DNA from: a virus
UHGV virus genome: UHGV-0267411
Reading direction: 5' to 3' (one strand)
Length of the DNA stretch: 42,217 nt
How positions within the stretch are numbered: position 1 is the stretch's first letter; each line of letters begins with the position of its first letter. Of this stretch, positions 34,409-42,217 are shown piece after piece. The notes beneath the pieces were generated by a model. It worked only from the letters and a program-made list of their open reading frames with translations. It made no database searches and was not told where the DNA came from. Position numbers and translations under genes: made by a program.

Positions 34409-35827
34409 GTGGCAATAGTAGTTAACAGACAGATAGCCGGTGACTTAAATAACCCATCTGCTGAGTTACTTAATTATTGTATCCAACAGCACATGATGGA
34501 ATTGGCGAGACTAGAAAGGCTATCAGATTATTACGATGGTAAGCATGACATTCTTAATCGCAAAAAAGAAAATGATGCAGCGCCAAATAATAAAGTGTTG
34601 ATCAACCATGCTAAATATGTAGTGGATATGAATGTTGGTTTTATGGTGGGTAATCCGATTTCTTATGTATCTGAATCAGATAAGAACATATTGCCAATCT
34701 TAGATGCTTATGACAGGATTGACATTGTTTCTCACGATACAGAATTGGAGAAAGACCTATCAACGTTCGGCGTTGGTTATGAACTTGTGTATCTAAACAA
34801 GACAAAGGAAAACGATGGAACACAATTAGAAATCAAATGTATTGATCCTAGAGGTATTTTCTTAGTTACGGATGATACAGTAGACAAGAACCCTTTGTTT
34901 GCGGTTCATTATCAACCCGTACTAACGCTGCAAGGCGCCATAGATCACTATGTGGTTAAATATTACAACGACAATCGAGTGATTACGTATCACGCAAGCT
35001 CTAGGGGATTTGGCGAATACTTACTAGTGGATGCCAAGCCACATTACTTCAAGGCAGTGCCAGTCATTGAGTATCGGAATAATGAAGAAAAGCAAGGAGA
35101 CTTTGAACAAGCCATTTCTTTGATTGATGCATACAATCTACTCCAATCCGATCGACTAAACGACAAAGAAGCTTTTGTGGATGCAATTCTATTTATAAGG
35201 GGATTTACTTTGGAAGATGGTGATGGTGAGAAGCTAGCGAAAGAAAAGATGCTTCAAACGGCTGCAATGCCTAATGAAGTAGACGCAGGGTATCTTACCA
35301 AGGAATTAAACGAGGACGGCGTTAATCTTTTACGATCAGCAATCCTTGACGATATCCATAAGATTACCTATGTACCAGATATGAATGATGAGAAATTTTC
35401 TGGAAATGTCAGTGGCGAAGCAATGAAATATAAGTTGTTTGGCTTGCTGCAATTGATGTCCGTTAAATCGCGTTACATGATTAAAGGGTTGAGAAAGCGG
35501 ATGGAATTATTCGAAACAATCTTGAAGGTTAAAGACAATTCAATTGATGCGCAAGGAACTAAGATCAAACTCAAGCCTAATTTACCTGTAAACACTAGCG
35601 ATATCATCAATCAAATTGTCAGTGCTTACCAAGCTGGTATCTTACCGCTTAAAGTTCTTCTAGGATGGTTGCCAGATATTGACGATGTTGATGAAGTATT
35701 GAAACAGTTGAACCTTGAAAAAGAAGAAGCTATTGTGATGAACCAGAAAGCATTAGGTGTGCAAGCAGAAGATAGTCATTCGGATTTGGATGATGAGCCG
35801 GAGGAGGACGAAGAAGATGAAAGCTGA
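34409..35827 (+). CDS. Portal protein (SPP1 gp6-like)
   Basis: Start at GTG 34409 after terL stop 34395 (RBS GAGGTG). 'LNYCIQQHMMELARLERLSDYYDGKHDILNRK...PNNKVLINHAKYVVDMNVGF' is the typical portal N-terminus. Acidic C-terminal tail. Confidence 0.8.
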   Translation: MAIVVNRQIAGDLNNPSAELLNYCIQQHMMELARLERLSDYYDGKHDILNRKKENDAAPNNKVLINHAKYVVDMNVGFMVGNPISYVSESDKNILPILDAYDRIDIVSHDTELEKDLSTFGVGYELVYLNKTKENDGTQLEIKCIDPRGIFLVTDDTVDKNPLFAVHYQPVLTLQGAIDHYVVKYYNDNRVITYHASSRGFGEYLLVDAKPHYFKAVPVIEYRNNEEKQGDFEQAISLIDAYNLLQSDRLNDKEAFVDAILFIRGFTLEDGDGEKLAKEKMLQTAAMPNEVDAGYLTKELNEDGVNLLRSAILDDIHKITYVPDMNDEKFSGNVSGEAMKYKLFGLLQLMSVKSRYMIKGLRKRMELFETILKVKDNSIDAQGTKIKLKPNLPVNTSDIINQIVSAYQAGILPLKVLLGWLPDIDDVDEVLKQLNLEKEEAIVMNQKALGVQAEDSHSDLDDEPEEDEEDES

Positions 35828-36116
35828 AATTTTGTTGACTAATGATGAAGTTATAGTATTTGAACCAAAGTGGCTTAATATGAAAGTTGGTTTAAGTGAA
35901 ATGCTAAGCGGTTTGAACAAACTTGATGTTAAAGTTTTCGAGTGCTTAGATGTTCAAGGGACTACGCATTTTATAAATATGAATCAAGTAATCAGAATAT
36001 CTGAATATACTGGCAAAGAAAAAAATGAAGTTGGAATCAAAATCGATCGAAGTGATTTAAGTAAAGCAGTAAAAGAATTTATCGATCAAACTAATTATGG
36101 CAATCCGGCAACATAA
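35817..36116 (+). CDS. Hypothetical protein (99 aa) between portal and head-morphogenesis gene
   Basis: ATG 35817 with RBS GGAGGAGG. Overlaps the portal 3' end. Confidence 0.4.
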   Translation: MKAEILLTNDEVIVFEPKWLNMKVGLSEMLSGLNKLDVKVFECLDVQGTTHFINMNQVIRISEYTGKEKNEVGIKIDRSDLSKAVKEFIDQTNYGNPAT

Positions 36117-36129
36117 AGGAGCTGATTAA

Positions 36130-37278
36130 ATGGCTCAAAAGAAACGCAAGCTATCTTATTGGGAACGGCGTAACATCGACGCAGAACAAAAGATAAACGA
36201 TGGAGCAATCAAAGTTGAGGAAGCTGCAGCGAAGGCTTACAGGCAAGCACAGACTTACTTAACCCAAAAGGTTAGGAAGTTATTTGCACGCTCTCAACAA
36301 CGCTCTGGGCTATCTGAGGATGAAGCTAAAAGGATACTAAATCAAACGACGTCAGTTGAAGAGTTAGCAGAATTGAGAAAGCTATCTAAACAGATTAAAG
36401 ATCCTGAATTACAAGCTGCAGCTAAAAACAGATTGCAAGCATTAGCATTTAAAGAGCGTATCACTCGTGCAGAAGACTTGAAAGCCAAGTCTTTTTTAGT
36501 TTCTAAGCAAGTTGCAGATGTTCAATTAGAAAAGCAGACAGAGTTCTATGTAGATGCTATTCACGAATCGTATCGTGAGGCAACGGCTGAATCAGTCATC
36601 CGAAAGGCACAAGAGAATGCCAAGAATGGCGTAGTCATTGAAGTATGGAATAAGAAAGATTATCAGTTTAAGGAACTATCGACCAGGTATACGAAGAACA
36701 TCCTCGATAGCCACTGGCATGGATCGAATTATTCTAAACGGATATGGGGTGATACTGAAGCTTTAGCAGCAAGGTTAGAAGAACTGTTCACTGTTGAATC
36801 AATGACTGGCATGTCGGAGTTTGAAATGGCTAAGGCAATAGCTAATGAGTTTGACCGCTCTATTGGTGTTGCTAGGCGCTTGATTCGGACGGAAGCTAAT
36901 TACATGGCTAACCAAGCAAAACTCAAAGCGTGGCAAGATAACGGCGTAAAAGAATACATGTTGGTTGCTGTATTGGACCTACGAACATCTGAAATCTGTA
37001 AAGGAAAAGATCATAAGATATATCGAGTTTCTGAAGCTAAAGTAAACGGTGCTAGTGGTACGTATCCGCCGTTTCATCCATGGTGCAGAACAATAGCTAT
37101 TATGTACAGTAAGCGAACGCTGAAGCTTCCTAGAAACGCTTTAGACCCTATCAGCGGCAAAGTGATTCCTATTAGAGGTGAAACAACCTATAACGAATGG
37201 ATGGATAAGTTGAAAGAAAAGTATTCGGATGAAGAAATAAGAGAACAGAAAAGAAAAATAATGGGATTGAAAGCTTAG
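36130..37278 (+). CDS. Minor head / head-morphogenesis protein (Phage_Mu_F / SPP1 gp7 family)
   Basis: 'SHWHGSNYSKRIWGD', 'VLDLRTSEICKGKDHKIY' and 'PPFHPWCRTIA' are the conserved motifs of this family. Confidence 0.75.
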   Translation: MAQKKRKLSYWERRNIDAEQKINDGAIKVEEAAAKAYRQAQTYLTQKVRKLFARSQQRSGLSEDEAKRILNQTTSVEELAELRKLSKQIKDPELQAAAKNRLQALAFKERITRAEDLKAKSFLVSKQVADVQLEKQTEFYVDAIHESYREATAESVIRKAQENAKNGVVIEVWNKKDYQFKELSTRYTKNILDSHWHGSNYSKRIWGDTEALAARLEELFTVESMTGMSEFEMAKAIANEFDRSIGVARRLIRTEANYMANQAKLKAWQDNGVKEYMLVAVLDLRTSEICKGKDHKIYRVSEAKVNGASGTYPPFHPWCRTIAIMYSKRTLKLPRNALDPISGKVIPIRGETTYNEWMDKLKEKYSDEEIREQKRKIMGLKA

Positions 37279-37379
37279 GCATTGACTAGGCTTTTTGTCA
37301 TGTCCAAGCGTGATGACATTAAAAGCATCGGAAGTGCAAGCATTTATCCACTCTAAAAGATATGGAAGGAGTACAAAAC

Positions 37380-38030
37380 ATGAAACACAAAAAACTGTTG
37401 CCACTTAACCTACAATTCTTTGCTGAAAAAGATGAATCAGATACTCCGGATGATTCTGAAACATCAAAACAGCTAAACGTAGAAGAGTTGAGCGACGAAG
37501 AGATTGCAGCAATCAAAGAGAAGTTTGGTTTCAAGGACGACAAAGAAGTTGACTCTATTGTCAAAAATAAAAAGTCACGCTGGCAGAAAGAATTCGAAGA
37601 AGAAAAGAATGAAGCTGCCCGTTTGGCCAAGCTAAGCGAGGAAGAACGGCAGAAAGAATTGCTAAACAAAGAAAAGACTGCCTTCGAAAAGGAGAAAGAA
37701 GCCTTTCGTCAAGAACAGCTATTCGTAGAAAAAGGCAATCAATTACAGTCGATCGGAATCAGCAAAGAGTTAGCAGCACGCATTAAAGGTGACACCGCAG
37801 AAGAAATTTTGGAAGATGTCAAAACATTCAAGAAAGCATGGGATGAAGCGCTAAAAGTTGCTGTTGATCAAGCGCTATTGAATTCAGTTGATTCACCACT
37901 AGGTTCTAATGCAACTTTGCCTGACACTAATCCGTTTGCTGCGGAAACCTTAAACCTTACTGAGCAGGGAAGATTGCTGCGAGAAGATCCAGAAAAAGCA
38001 AAAGCCTTACAGGCATTAGCGAATAAATAG
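37380..38030 (+). CDS. Scaffolding protein with Prp-type N-terminal cleavage motif
   Basis: ATG 37380 with RBS GGAAGGAG. N-terminus 'MKHKKLLPLNLQFFAE'. Highly charged coiled coil. Precedes the capsid gene. Confidence 0.7.
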   Translation: MKHKKLLPLNLQFFAEKDESDTPDDSETSKQLNVEELSDEEIAAIKEKFGFKDDKEVDSIVKNKKSRWQKEFEEEKNEAARLAKLSEEERQKELLNKEKTAFEKEKEAFRQEQLFVEKGNQLQSIGISKELAARIKGDTAEEILEDVKTFKKAWDEALKVAVDQALLNSVDSPLGSNATLPDTNPFAAETLNLTEQGRLLREDPEKAKALQALANK

Positions 38031-38045
38031 AAAGTGGGAGAAAAA

Positions 38046-39080
38046 ATGAAAAAAAGTTTAATGAAAATGAACTTGCAGTATTTTGCTGCTAAAACAAAAA
38101 TCGAAGATGTCATTGTACCAGAAGTCTTCAATCGTTACGTTATTGAACGTACTGCTGAATTATCAGCGTTGTACCAATCGGGAATCGTTGTGAAAGATCC
38201 AGAATTAGATGCTTTGGCAACTGCTGGTGGTAAGTTAATCAATATGCCGTTTTGGCAAGATTTAACTGGTGACGACGAAGTGTTGTCTGATTCCGAATCA
38301 CTAGAAACAGATAAAATCACTGCTGGTCAAGACGTTGCTGCTCTCTTGATGCGTGGTAAAGCTTGGAAAGTAAATGATTTATCTAAAGCATTGTCTGGTG
38401 ACGATCCTATGCGTGCAATTGGTGACTTGGTTGCGGCTTATTGGGCCCGCCGTCAACAAACTACGTTGCTAAGTGTCTTAAAAGGCGTGTTTGGCGCCAC
38501 AACTACTAAAATGGGTGACAACAGCTTAGATATTTCTGCTGAAACAGGTAATGCTGCTGCGTTCACTGGTGAAACGTTCTTGGATGCTTCATACAAATTG
38601 GGTGATGCAGAAGAAAAACTGACTGCAATTGCTGTTCACTCGTCTGTATATGCTAACTTGCGCAAACAAAATTTGATTGAATTCTTGTTAGATTCAAACA
38701 ACACGAAAATCCCAACTTACATGGGTAAACGAGTGATCGTTGATGACGGTATGCCTAATACTGGCGGTGTGTTCACATCTTACATCTTTGGACAAGGTGC
38801 TATCGGTTTAGGCAACGGCGCTGCTCCAGTCCCTACCGAAACAGATCGTGATGCATTAGCTGGCGATGATATCTTGGTTAACCGCCAACATTTCTTGTTA
38901 CATCCACGTGGAGTTAAGTTCACAAGTAAGTCTGTTGCTGGTTCTTCTCCAACAAACACTGAGTTAGCTACTGGCGGTAACTGGGAACGTGTATACGAAT
39001 CTAAAAATGTTCGTATCGTTCAATTCAAGCATAAACTATGGACACCGACTACTACGATCGCTGGTGGGACTGGCGAATAA
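38046..39080 (+). CDS. Major capsid protein with Prp-type N-terminal cleavage motif
   Basis: ATG 38046 with RBS GTGGGAG. N-terminus 'MKKSLMKMNLQYFAAK'. 344 aa. Position after the scaffold. Confidence 0.75.
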   Translation: MKKSLMKMNLQYFAAKTKIEDVIVPEVFNRYVIERTAELSALYQSGIVVKDPELDALATAGGKLINMPFWQDLTGDDEVLSDSESLETDKITAGQDVAALLMRGKAWKVNDLSKALSGDDPMRAIGDLVAAYWARRQQTTLLSVLKGVFGATTTKMGDNSLDISAETGNAAAFTGETFLDASYKLGDAEEKLTAIAVHSSVYANLRKQNLIEFLLDSNNTKIPTYMGKRVIVDDGMPNTGGVFTSYIFGQGAIGLGNGAAPVPTETDRDALAGDDILVNRQHFLLHPRGVKFTSKSVAGSSPTNTELATGGNWERVYESKNVRIVQFKHKLWTPTTTIAGGTGE

Positions 39081-39091
39081 GGAGTGAAATC

Positions 39092-39418
39092 ATGGACGAG
39101 AAACGAGATGAAGTTATTTCAGTACTAGCTGAGCAATTGGAGATATCTCCTATCTCAGCAACAGTATTGATCGAGGACGCTGTCGCACTCGTCCTTGATT
39201 ATACTGGTCGTGAAGCGATGATTGACAGTATGTGGGTATATGCAAGACAACTTGCAACAATCGCATACAACCAACAGGGCGCTGAAGGTGAAGCTTCAAG
39301 GTCTGAAGGCGGCGTGTCGCAGTCTTTCTTGACCGACATTCCAGTCTCTATTCAACGTGGCTTGAACAGATTCCGAAAGGGAAAGGTTGTGAGTTACTAT
39401 GCGCCTACTGAAGAATAA
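39092..39418 (+). CDS. Head-tail connector (gp6/gp15-like)
   Basis: ATG 39092 with RBS AAGGAGTG. 108 aa. Position after the capsid gene. Confidence 0.5.
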   Translation: MDEKRDEVISVLAEQLEISPISATVLIEDAVALVLDYTGREAMIDSMWVYARQLATIAYNQQGAEGEASRSEGGVSQSFLTDIPVSIQRGLNRFRKGKVVSYYAPTEE

Positions 39419-39749
39419 CCTACAAACTGTTTATCTAAAGAGGCGGAAAGTCACTCTTGACGAAGAAGCAGAAGAAATAATCACTTACCCATTCGAACCG
39501 ATTGAATTACAAATGAATGTGCAAGCTGCAAGCGGTACGGTAAACGCTCAGATCTACGGTAGCAAGCTTGAAACAATGAAAGCTTGCAAATACCAAGGCG
39601 ATACGATTAATGAGGCGCAGAACGAACTAGATGGCGTTTGCGTATATGTTGGCAAAGGTGAAGAACCAGACTTCACAATCAAGTCTATCCAGACATTTTC
39701 TACCCATAAAAATATTATGCTAGAAAGGAATGATAATCGTGGGCGTTGA
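39399..39749 (+). CDS. Head closure / head-tail adaptor protein
   Basis: Assigned by synteny. 116 aa. Confidence 0.4.
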   Translation: MRLLKNNLQTVYLKRRKVTLDEEAEEIITYPFEPIELQMNVQAASGTVNAQIYGSKLETMKACKYQGDTINEAQNELDGVCVYVGKGEEPDFTIKSIQTFSTHKNIMLERNDNRGR

Positions 39750-40281
39750 AATCAAAGGCCTGGAAAGCTTACGGCGCAAAGTCAAAGCAATACCGCAAAT
39801 TTTAGATGATGCAATGTGGGATGCGACTTTTGAAATCACTGAATTGATCAAACAAGCTGCTGAATTGCGGTTATCATCTAGCATGAAATATTCTAGTGGT
39901 GAATTGTTGGGTAGTTTGAAAAACGAAGTCGTGATTAATGCACAAAATCAAATTGTTGGGCGCGTGTGGTCGGATAAGCAACAGGCTATGTTTCGAGAAT
40001 TCGGGACCGGTCCAGTCGGCGAAGCTAGTCCTAAAGACTTGCCAGACGGAATTACACCAGTTTATTCGCAAACAGCATGGTTTATTCCAGCGAAAGATGT
40101 CGCGGTGGATTTGGAAGCTATATACGGTATTCCTCGTGTGACTGTTCAAGGTACAGACTTCTACATTACCAAAGGACAGCCAGCACGACCATTCTTGTAT
40201 CCTTCTTTAGTAGATTTGATTGGTGAAGCACCAGAAATCTACAAAGAGCATGTACAACGCAAGTTAAGGGAGTTGAAGTGA
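39739..40281 (+). CDS. HK97 gp10-like tail-component protein
   Basis: GTG 39739 with RBS AAAGGA. 'VGVEIKGLESLRRKVKAIPQILDDAM...REFGTG' matches the family pattern. Confidence 0.55.
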   Translation: MGVEIKGLESLRRKVKAIPQILDDAMWDATFEITELIKQAAELRLSSSMKYSSGELLGSLKNEVVINAQNQIVGRVWSDKQQAMFREFGTGPVGEASPKDLPDGITPVYSQTAWFIPAKDVAVDLEAIYGIPRVTVQGTDFYITKGQPARPFLYPSLVDLIGEAPEIYKEHVQRKLRELK

Positions 40282-40643
40282 TGGAACGAGTGAATATGAA
40301 GACAGTCACTGTTGAAGTATTACAATCCGTTGCAGCTATCAAAAAGATTGCTACGGACTATCCTTCAACTTGGAATACATTCCCATTGGCTATCTACCGG
40401 ACAGCTAACAAGCCACATCAGATTGATTCATTAGGTAAAGAGTTACAAACAGAATGGACAATCACAGTTGAATTATACGGAGATAAAAGCCAGACCAGTA
40501 TTGCTGAAAGTGTTTTAAGCACATTCGGTAGTATTGGTTTTTCTGGTACCGCTAAAGATGCTAACACAGCTGATCTAAAGCGAATCATCGTTGAAGTAAC
40601 AGCTGTAGTTGATAATGTTACGAAATATGTATACAAAAAATAG
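40278..40643 (+). CDS. Tail completion / terminator-like protein
   Basis: Assigned by synteny, directly before the major tail protein. 121 aa. Confidence 0.4.
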   Translation: MMERVNMKTVTVEVLQSVAAIKKIATDYPSTWNTFPLAIYRTANKPHQIDSLGKELQTEWTITVELYGDKSQTSIAESVLSTFGSIGFSGTAKDANTADLKRIIVEVTAVVDNVTKYVYKK

Positions 40644-40655
40644 GAGGAATTACAC

Positions 40656-41081
40656 ATGGATTTTGCAGGACTATTATCAAAGGGTACCGTCTTAACCTAC
40701 GAAGATGGTGCAACAACTAAAACTGTAGCAGCAGTTAAATCTATCCCAGCATTGGGTAATGACCCAGAAAAAGTGGACGTTACACACTTGGGATCAGAAA
40801 AGAAATCTTATATCAAAGGTATCGAGGATACTGACAACTTAGAATTTGCGATCGTATATCAAGGAGATAACTTCCGTGATATTCACGCACTAGTTGAAAC
40901 TGGAAAATCTGTTGATTGGACAATTACGTTCCCAGATGGAATGACATCAGAATTTACGGGAGAGCCTTACTACAAATTCGACGGGGTAGAAGTTAACCAA
41001 GCGGTCGGCTTTAACTTAGGGGTAGTTGTGAGCGATGGTCCAGATATTACTCCAGCTCCTGCGCCGTCGCCCGGGGAGTAA
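40656..41081 (+). CDS. Major tail protein (141 aa)
   Basis: RBS AGGAGGAAT upstream. Position before the chaperone pair. Pro/Ala-rich C-terminus. Confidence 0.6.
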   Translation: MDFAGLLSKGTVLTYEDGATTKTVAAVKSIPALGNDPEKVDVTHLGSEKKSYIKGIEDTDNLEFAIVYQGDNFRDIHALVETGKSVDWTITFPDGMTSEFTGEPYYKFDGVEVNQAVGFNLGVVVSDGPDITPAPAPSPGE

Positions 41082-41177
41082 CAACCCCTGAAGATACCAC
41101 AGGGGACAATGCAGACGAATCGGAGACTGAGGAATAATCCTTGGTCTCTATTTTTTATAAATTAGGAGGAAACATAC

Positions 41178-41585
41178 ATGCCAAAAAACAACATAGTACA
41201 AATGCCAAACACTAAATCATTTCAATTAGGAGAGCTAAATTTACAACTTCGTTTAGACGGTAAATCGATTTTAGCAATCGAAAAGCGCTTAGATGAAGGG
41301 ATTATGGGACTGTTTGTTAAAAAACAAGGCGAAATCAAATTACCACCAGCCAACAGTTTATTGATTATCTTACAAGGCGCCAATAAAACAAGCGGCGTGA
41401 CAGATAAAGCAATCGTTGATGCGTTCGAGCAATACATTGAATCAGGCAAAACAACCATGGATCTATTTGGTGAAATCAATGACTTCTTGGATGAAGCTGG
41501 TTTTTTCGGAAAGAAAGAAACGGCGAACGAAGCGACAGATGGGGAATCTTTGGATCAAATGAACAGCGAAGACAGTCTTCTGTAA
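41178..41585 (+). CDS. Tail assembly chaperone (G-like)
   Basis: RBS AGGAGGAAAC upstream. 135 aa, acidic. Sits between the major tail protein and the TMP. Contains the slippery heptamer near its 3' end. Confidence 0.7.
   Translation: MPKNNIVQMPNTKSFQLGELNLQLRLDGKSILAIEKRLDEGIMGLFVKKQGEIKLPPANSLLIILQGANKTSGVTDKAIVDAFEQYIESGKTTMDLFGEINDFLDEAGFFGKKETANEATDGESLDQMNSEDSLL
41501..41507 (+). promoter_or_regulatory. Candidate -1 programmed frameshift site T-TTT-TTC giving the G-T fusion
   Basis: Heptamer aligned X-XXY-YYZ in the G frame (GGT-TTT-TTC). The -1 frame is open from 41495 through ATG 41609 to 41983. Confidence 0.5.
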
Positions 41586-41608
41586 AAAACTTCGACAATC
41601 TTTCCGAA

Positions 41609-41983
41609 ATGCTTGAATACATGTATCCACAAGCTGTTGAAGCAGGAATCCCCTCTACAGAGTATTGGGGAATGACACTTGAGGAAATCATGATACAAGT
41701 TCAAGCAAACAAGAAGATCAAGGAAAATGAGTTGCGAGAACGAGCGATGTTCGACTATTCGCAGCAAAGACTAGCGGTTTTTGCATTTAACGATCCCAAA
41801 CATATGCCGAAGTTTGAAGAGGCCTACCCTTTTCTTAAGCAAATTGAGCAAGCGGTTGAAGAAGCGAAAACCGAAGAAGAAACAAAACAAGAAGCTATGC
41901 AACGTGAACAAGAAATATTCTTGGCACAAGCACAGGCTATCAAAGCAACAAGGGAAAGAAAAAATCTCATAGAAGAAAGGTAG
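41609..41983 (+). CDS. Tail assembly chaperone T-like portion (expressed as a G-T fusion via -1 frameshift)
   Basis: ORF lies in the -1 frame relative to the G-like gene and overlaps it. Lies directly upstream of the TMP start. Confidence 0.55.
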   Translation: MLEYMYPQAVEAGIPSTEYWGMTLEEIMIQVQANKKIKENELRERAMFDYSQQRLAVFAFNDPKHMPKFEEAYPFLKQIEQAVEEAKTEEETKQEAMQREQEIFLAQAQAIKATRERKNLIEER

Positions 41984-41993
41984 GTGAGAAAGC

Positions 41994-42217
41994 ATGGAAT
42001 TAGAAACACTTGAAGTCCTACTAGATATCAATACTGCACGAGTTGAGCAATCTTTAGAGAATGTGTTGCCAAAAATTGAGGGTGCAATGAGTAGAATCCA
42101 ACAAATGTCCGGTAACTCAATGGATCGTACAGAGAAAAATATGGATATTGAAAAAGGCGCTAGCAATTTCACGAAACAACTAGAAAAAATGAATCAAGCA
42201 CTAGAAAAGACACTAGC
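41994..42217 (+). CDS. Tail tape-measure protein, N-terminal 74 codons (runs off the 3' end; continues at nt 1 if circular)
   Basis: ATG 41994 after RBS AGGTAGGTGAG. 'MELETLEVLLDINTARVEQSLENV...' has no stop before the window end. The final 'gc' plus nt 1 'a' completes a codon in phase with the ORF at 2-4669. Confidence 0.7.
   Translation, partial: MELETLEVLLDINTARVEQSLENVLPKIEGAMSRIQQMSGNSMDRTEKNMDIEKGASNFTKQLEKMNQALEKTL

Noticed and set aside
37285-37330. Inverted repeat TGTCAT-(12 nt)-ATGACA between the head-morphogenesis and scaffold genes
   Set aside because: Short 6-bp arms without a convincing T-tract. Could be a weak terminator or attenuator, but it is not distinctive.
41040-41136. 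Possible programmed frameshift extension of the major tail protein (-1 frame open for ~21 codons past the stop)
   Set aside because: The 'CCCGGGG' near the stop is not a canonical X-XXY-YYZ site in frame. The extension is only ~21 acidic residues with no Ig-like domain. Judged coincidental.
1-42217. Searched by eye for CRISPR arrays, rRNA, IS/transposase genes and long exact repeats
   Set aside because: No regularly spaced direct repeats with spacers, no transposase-like ORF and no rRNA-like sequence were seen. Short repeats found are reported individually above.

Overview
The window reads as an essentially complete ~42 kb temperate siphovirus genome from a low-GC Firmicute (Lactobacillales/Enterococcus-like; GC roughly 38-40% by eye, not computed). 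The evidence is an ArpU-family late regulator, a Prp-type N-terminal motif on scaffold and capsid, and an Amidase_2 endolysin with SH3-like cell-wall-binding repeats. The sequence appears circularly permuted: the tape-measure gene starts at 41994, runs off the 3' end, and continues in frame from position 1 to 4669. Gene order on the + strand (start/end given where start < end; '-' strand genes are listed with lower coordinate first):
- tape-measure protein with M23 and lytic-transglycosylase domains (1-4669)
- tail tip and baseplate proteins, one with a C-terminal M14-like peptidase domain (4682-9383)
- membrane proteins, holin and endolysin (9430-11905)
- minus-strand: five-gene accessory cassette with its own promoter (11946-13467)
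- attP-like repeat region (13486-13721)
- minus-strand: tyrosine integrase, lipoprotein, ImmA-like protease, XRE repressor (13720-16708)
- divergent operator region (16730-17003), then Cro-like, Xis-like and Rha antirepressor (17004-18201)
- AT-rich opposite-strand membrane-protein moron convergent with a small hydrophobic peptide (18232-18738)
- recombination/replication module: ERF, HNH, replisome organiser with iterons, DnaC-like loader, RusA, SSB (19854-25136)
- two methyltransferases, one C5-MTase whose motifs are split across two frames with a G7 tract (26723-27915)
- small proteins and ArpU late regulator (27950-30394)
- structured non-coding region with degenerate tRNA-like elements (30395-30940)
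- HTH-metallophosphoesterase, small and large terminase, portal, Mu-F-like head protein, scaffold, capsid, connectors, major tail protein, G/GT chaperone pair with a T-TTT-TTC slippery site (31006-41983).
No CRISPR array, rRNA or transposase was seen. All functions are inferred from motifs read by eye, without database searches.
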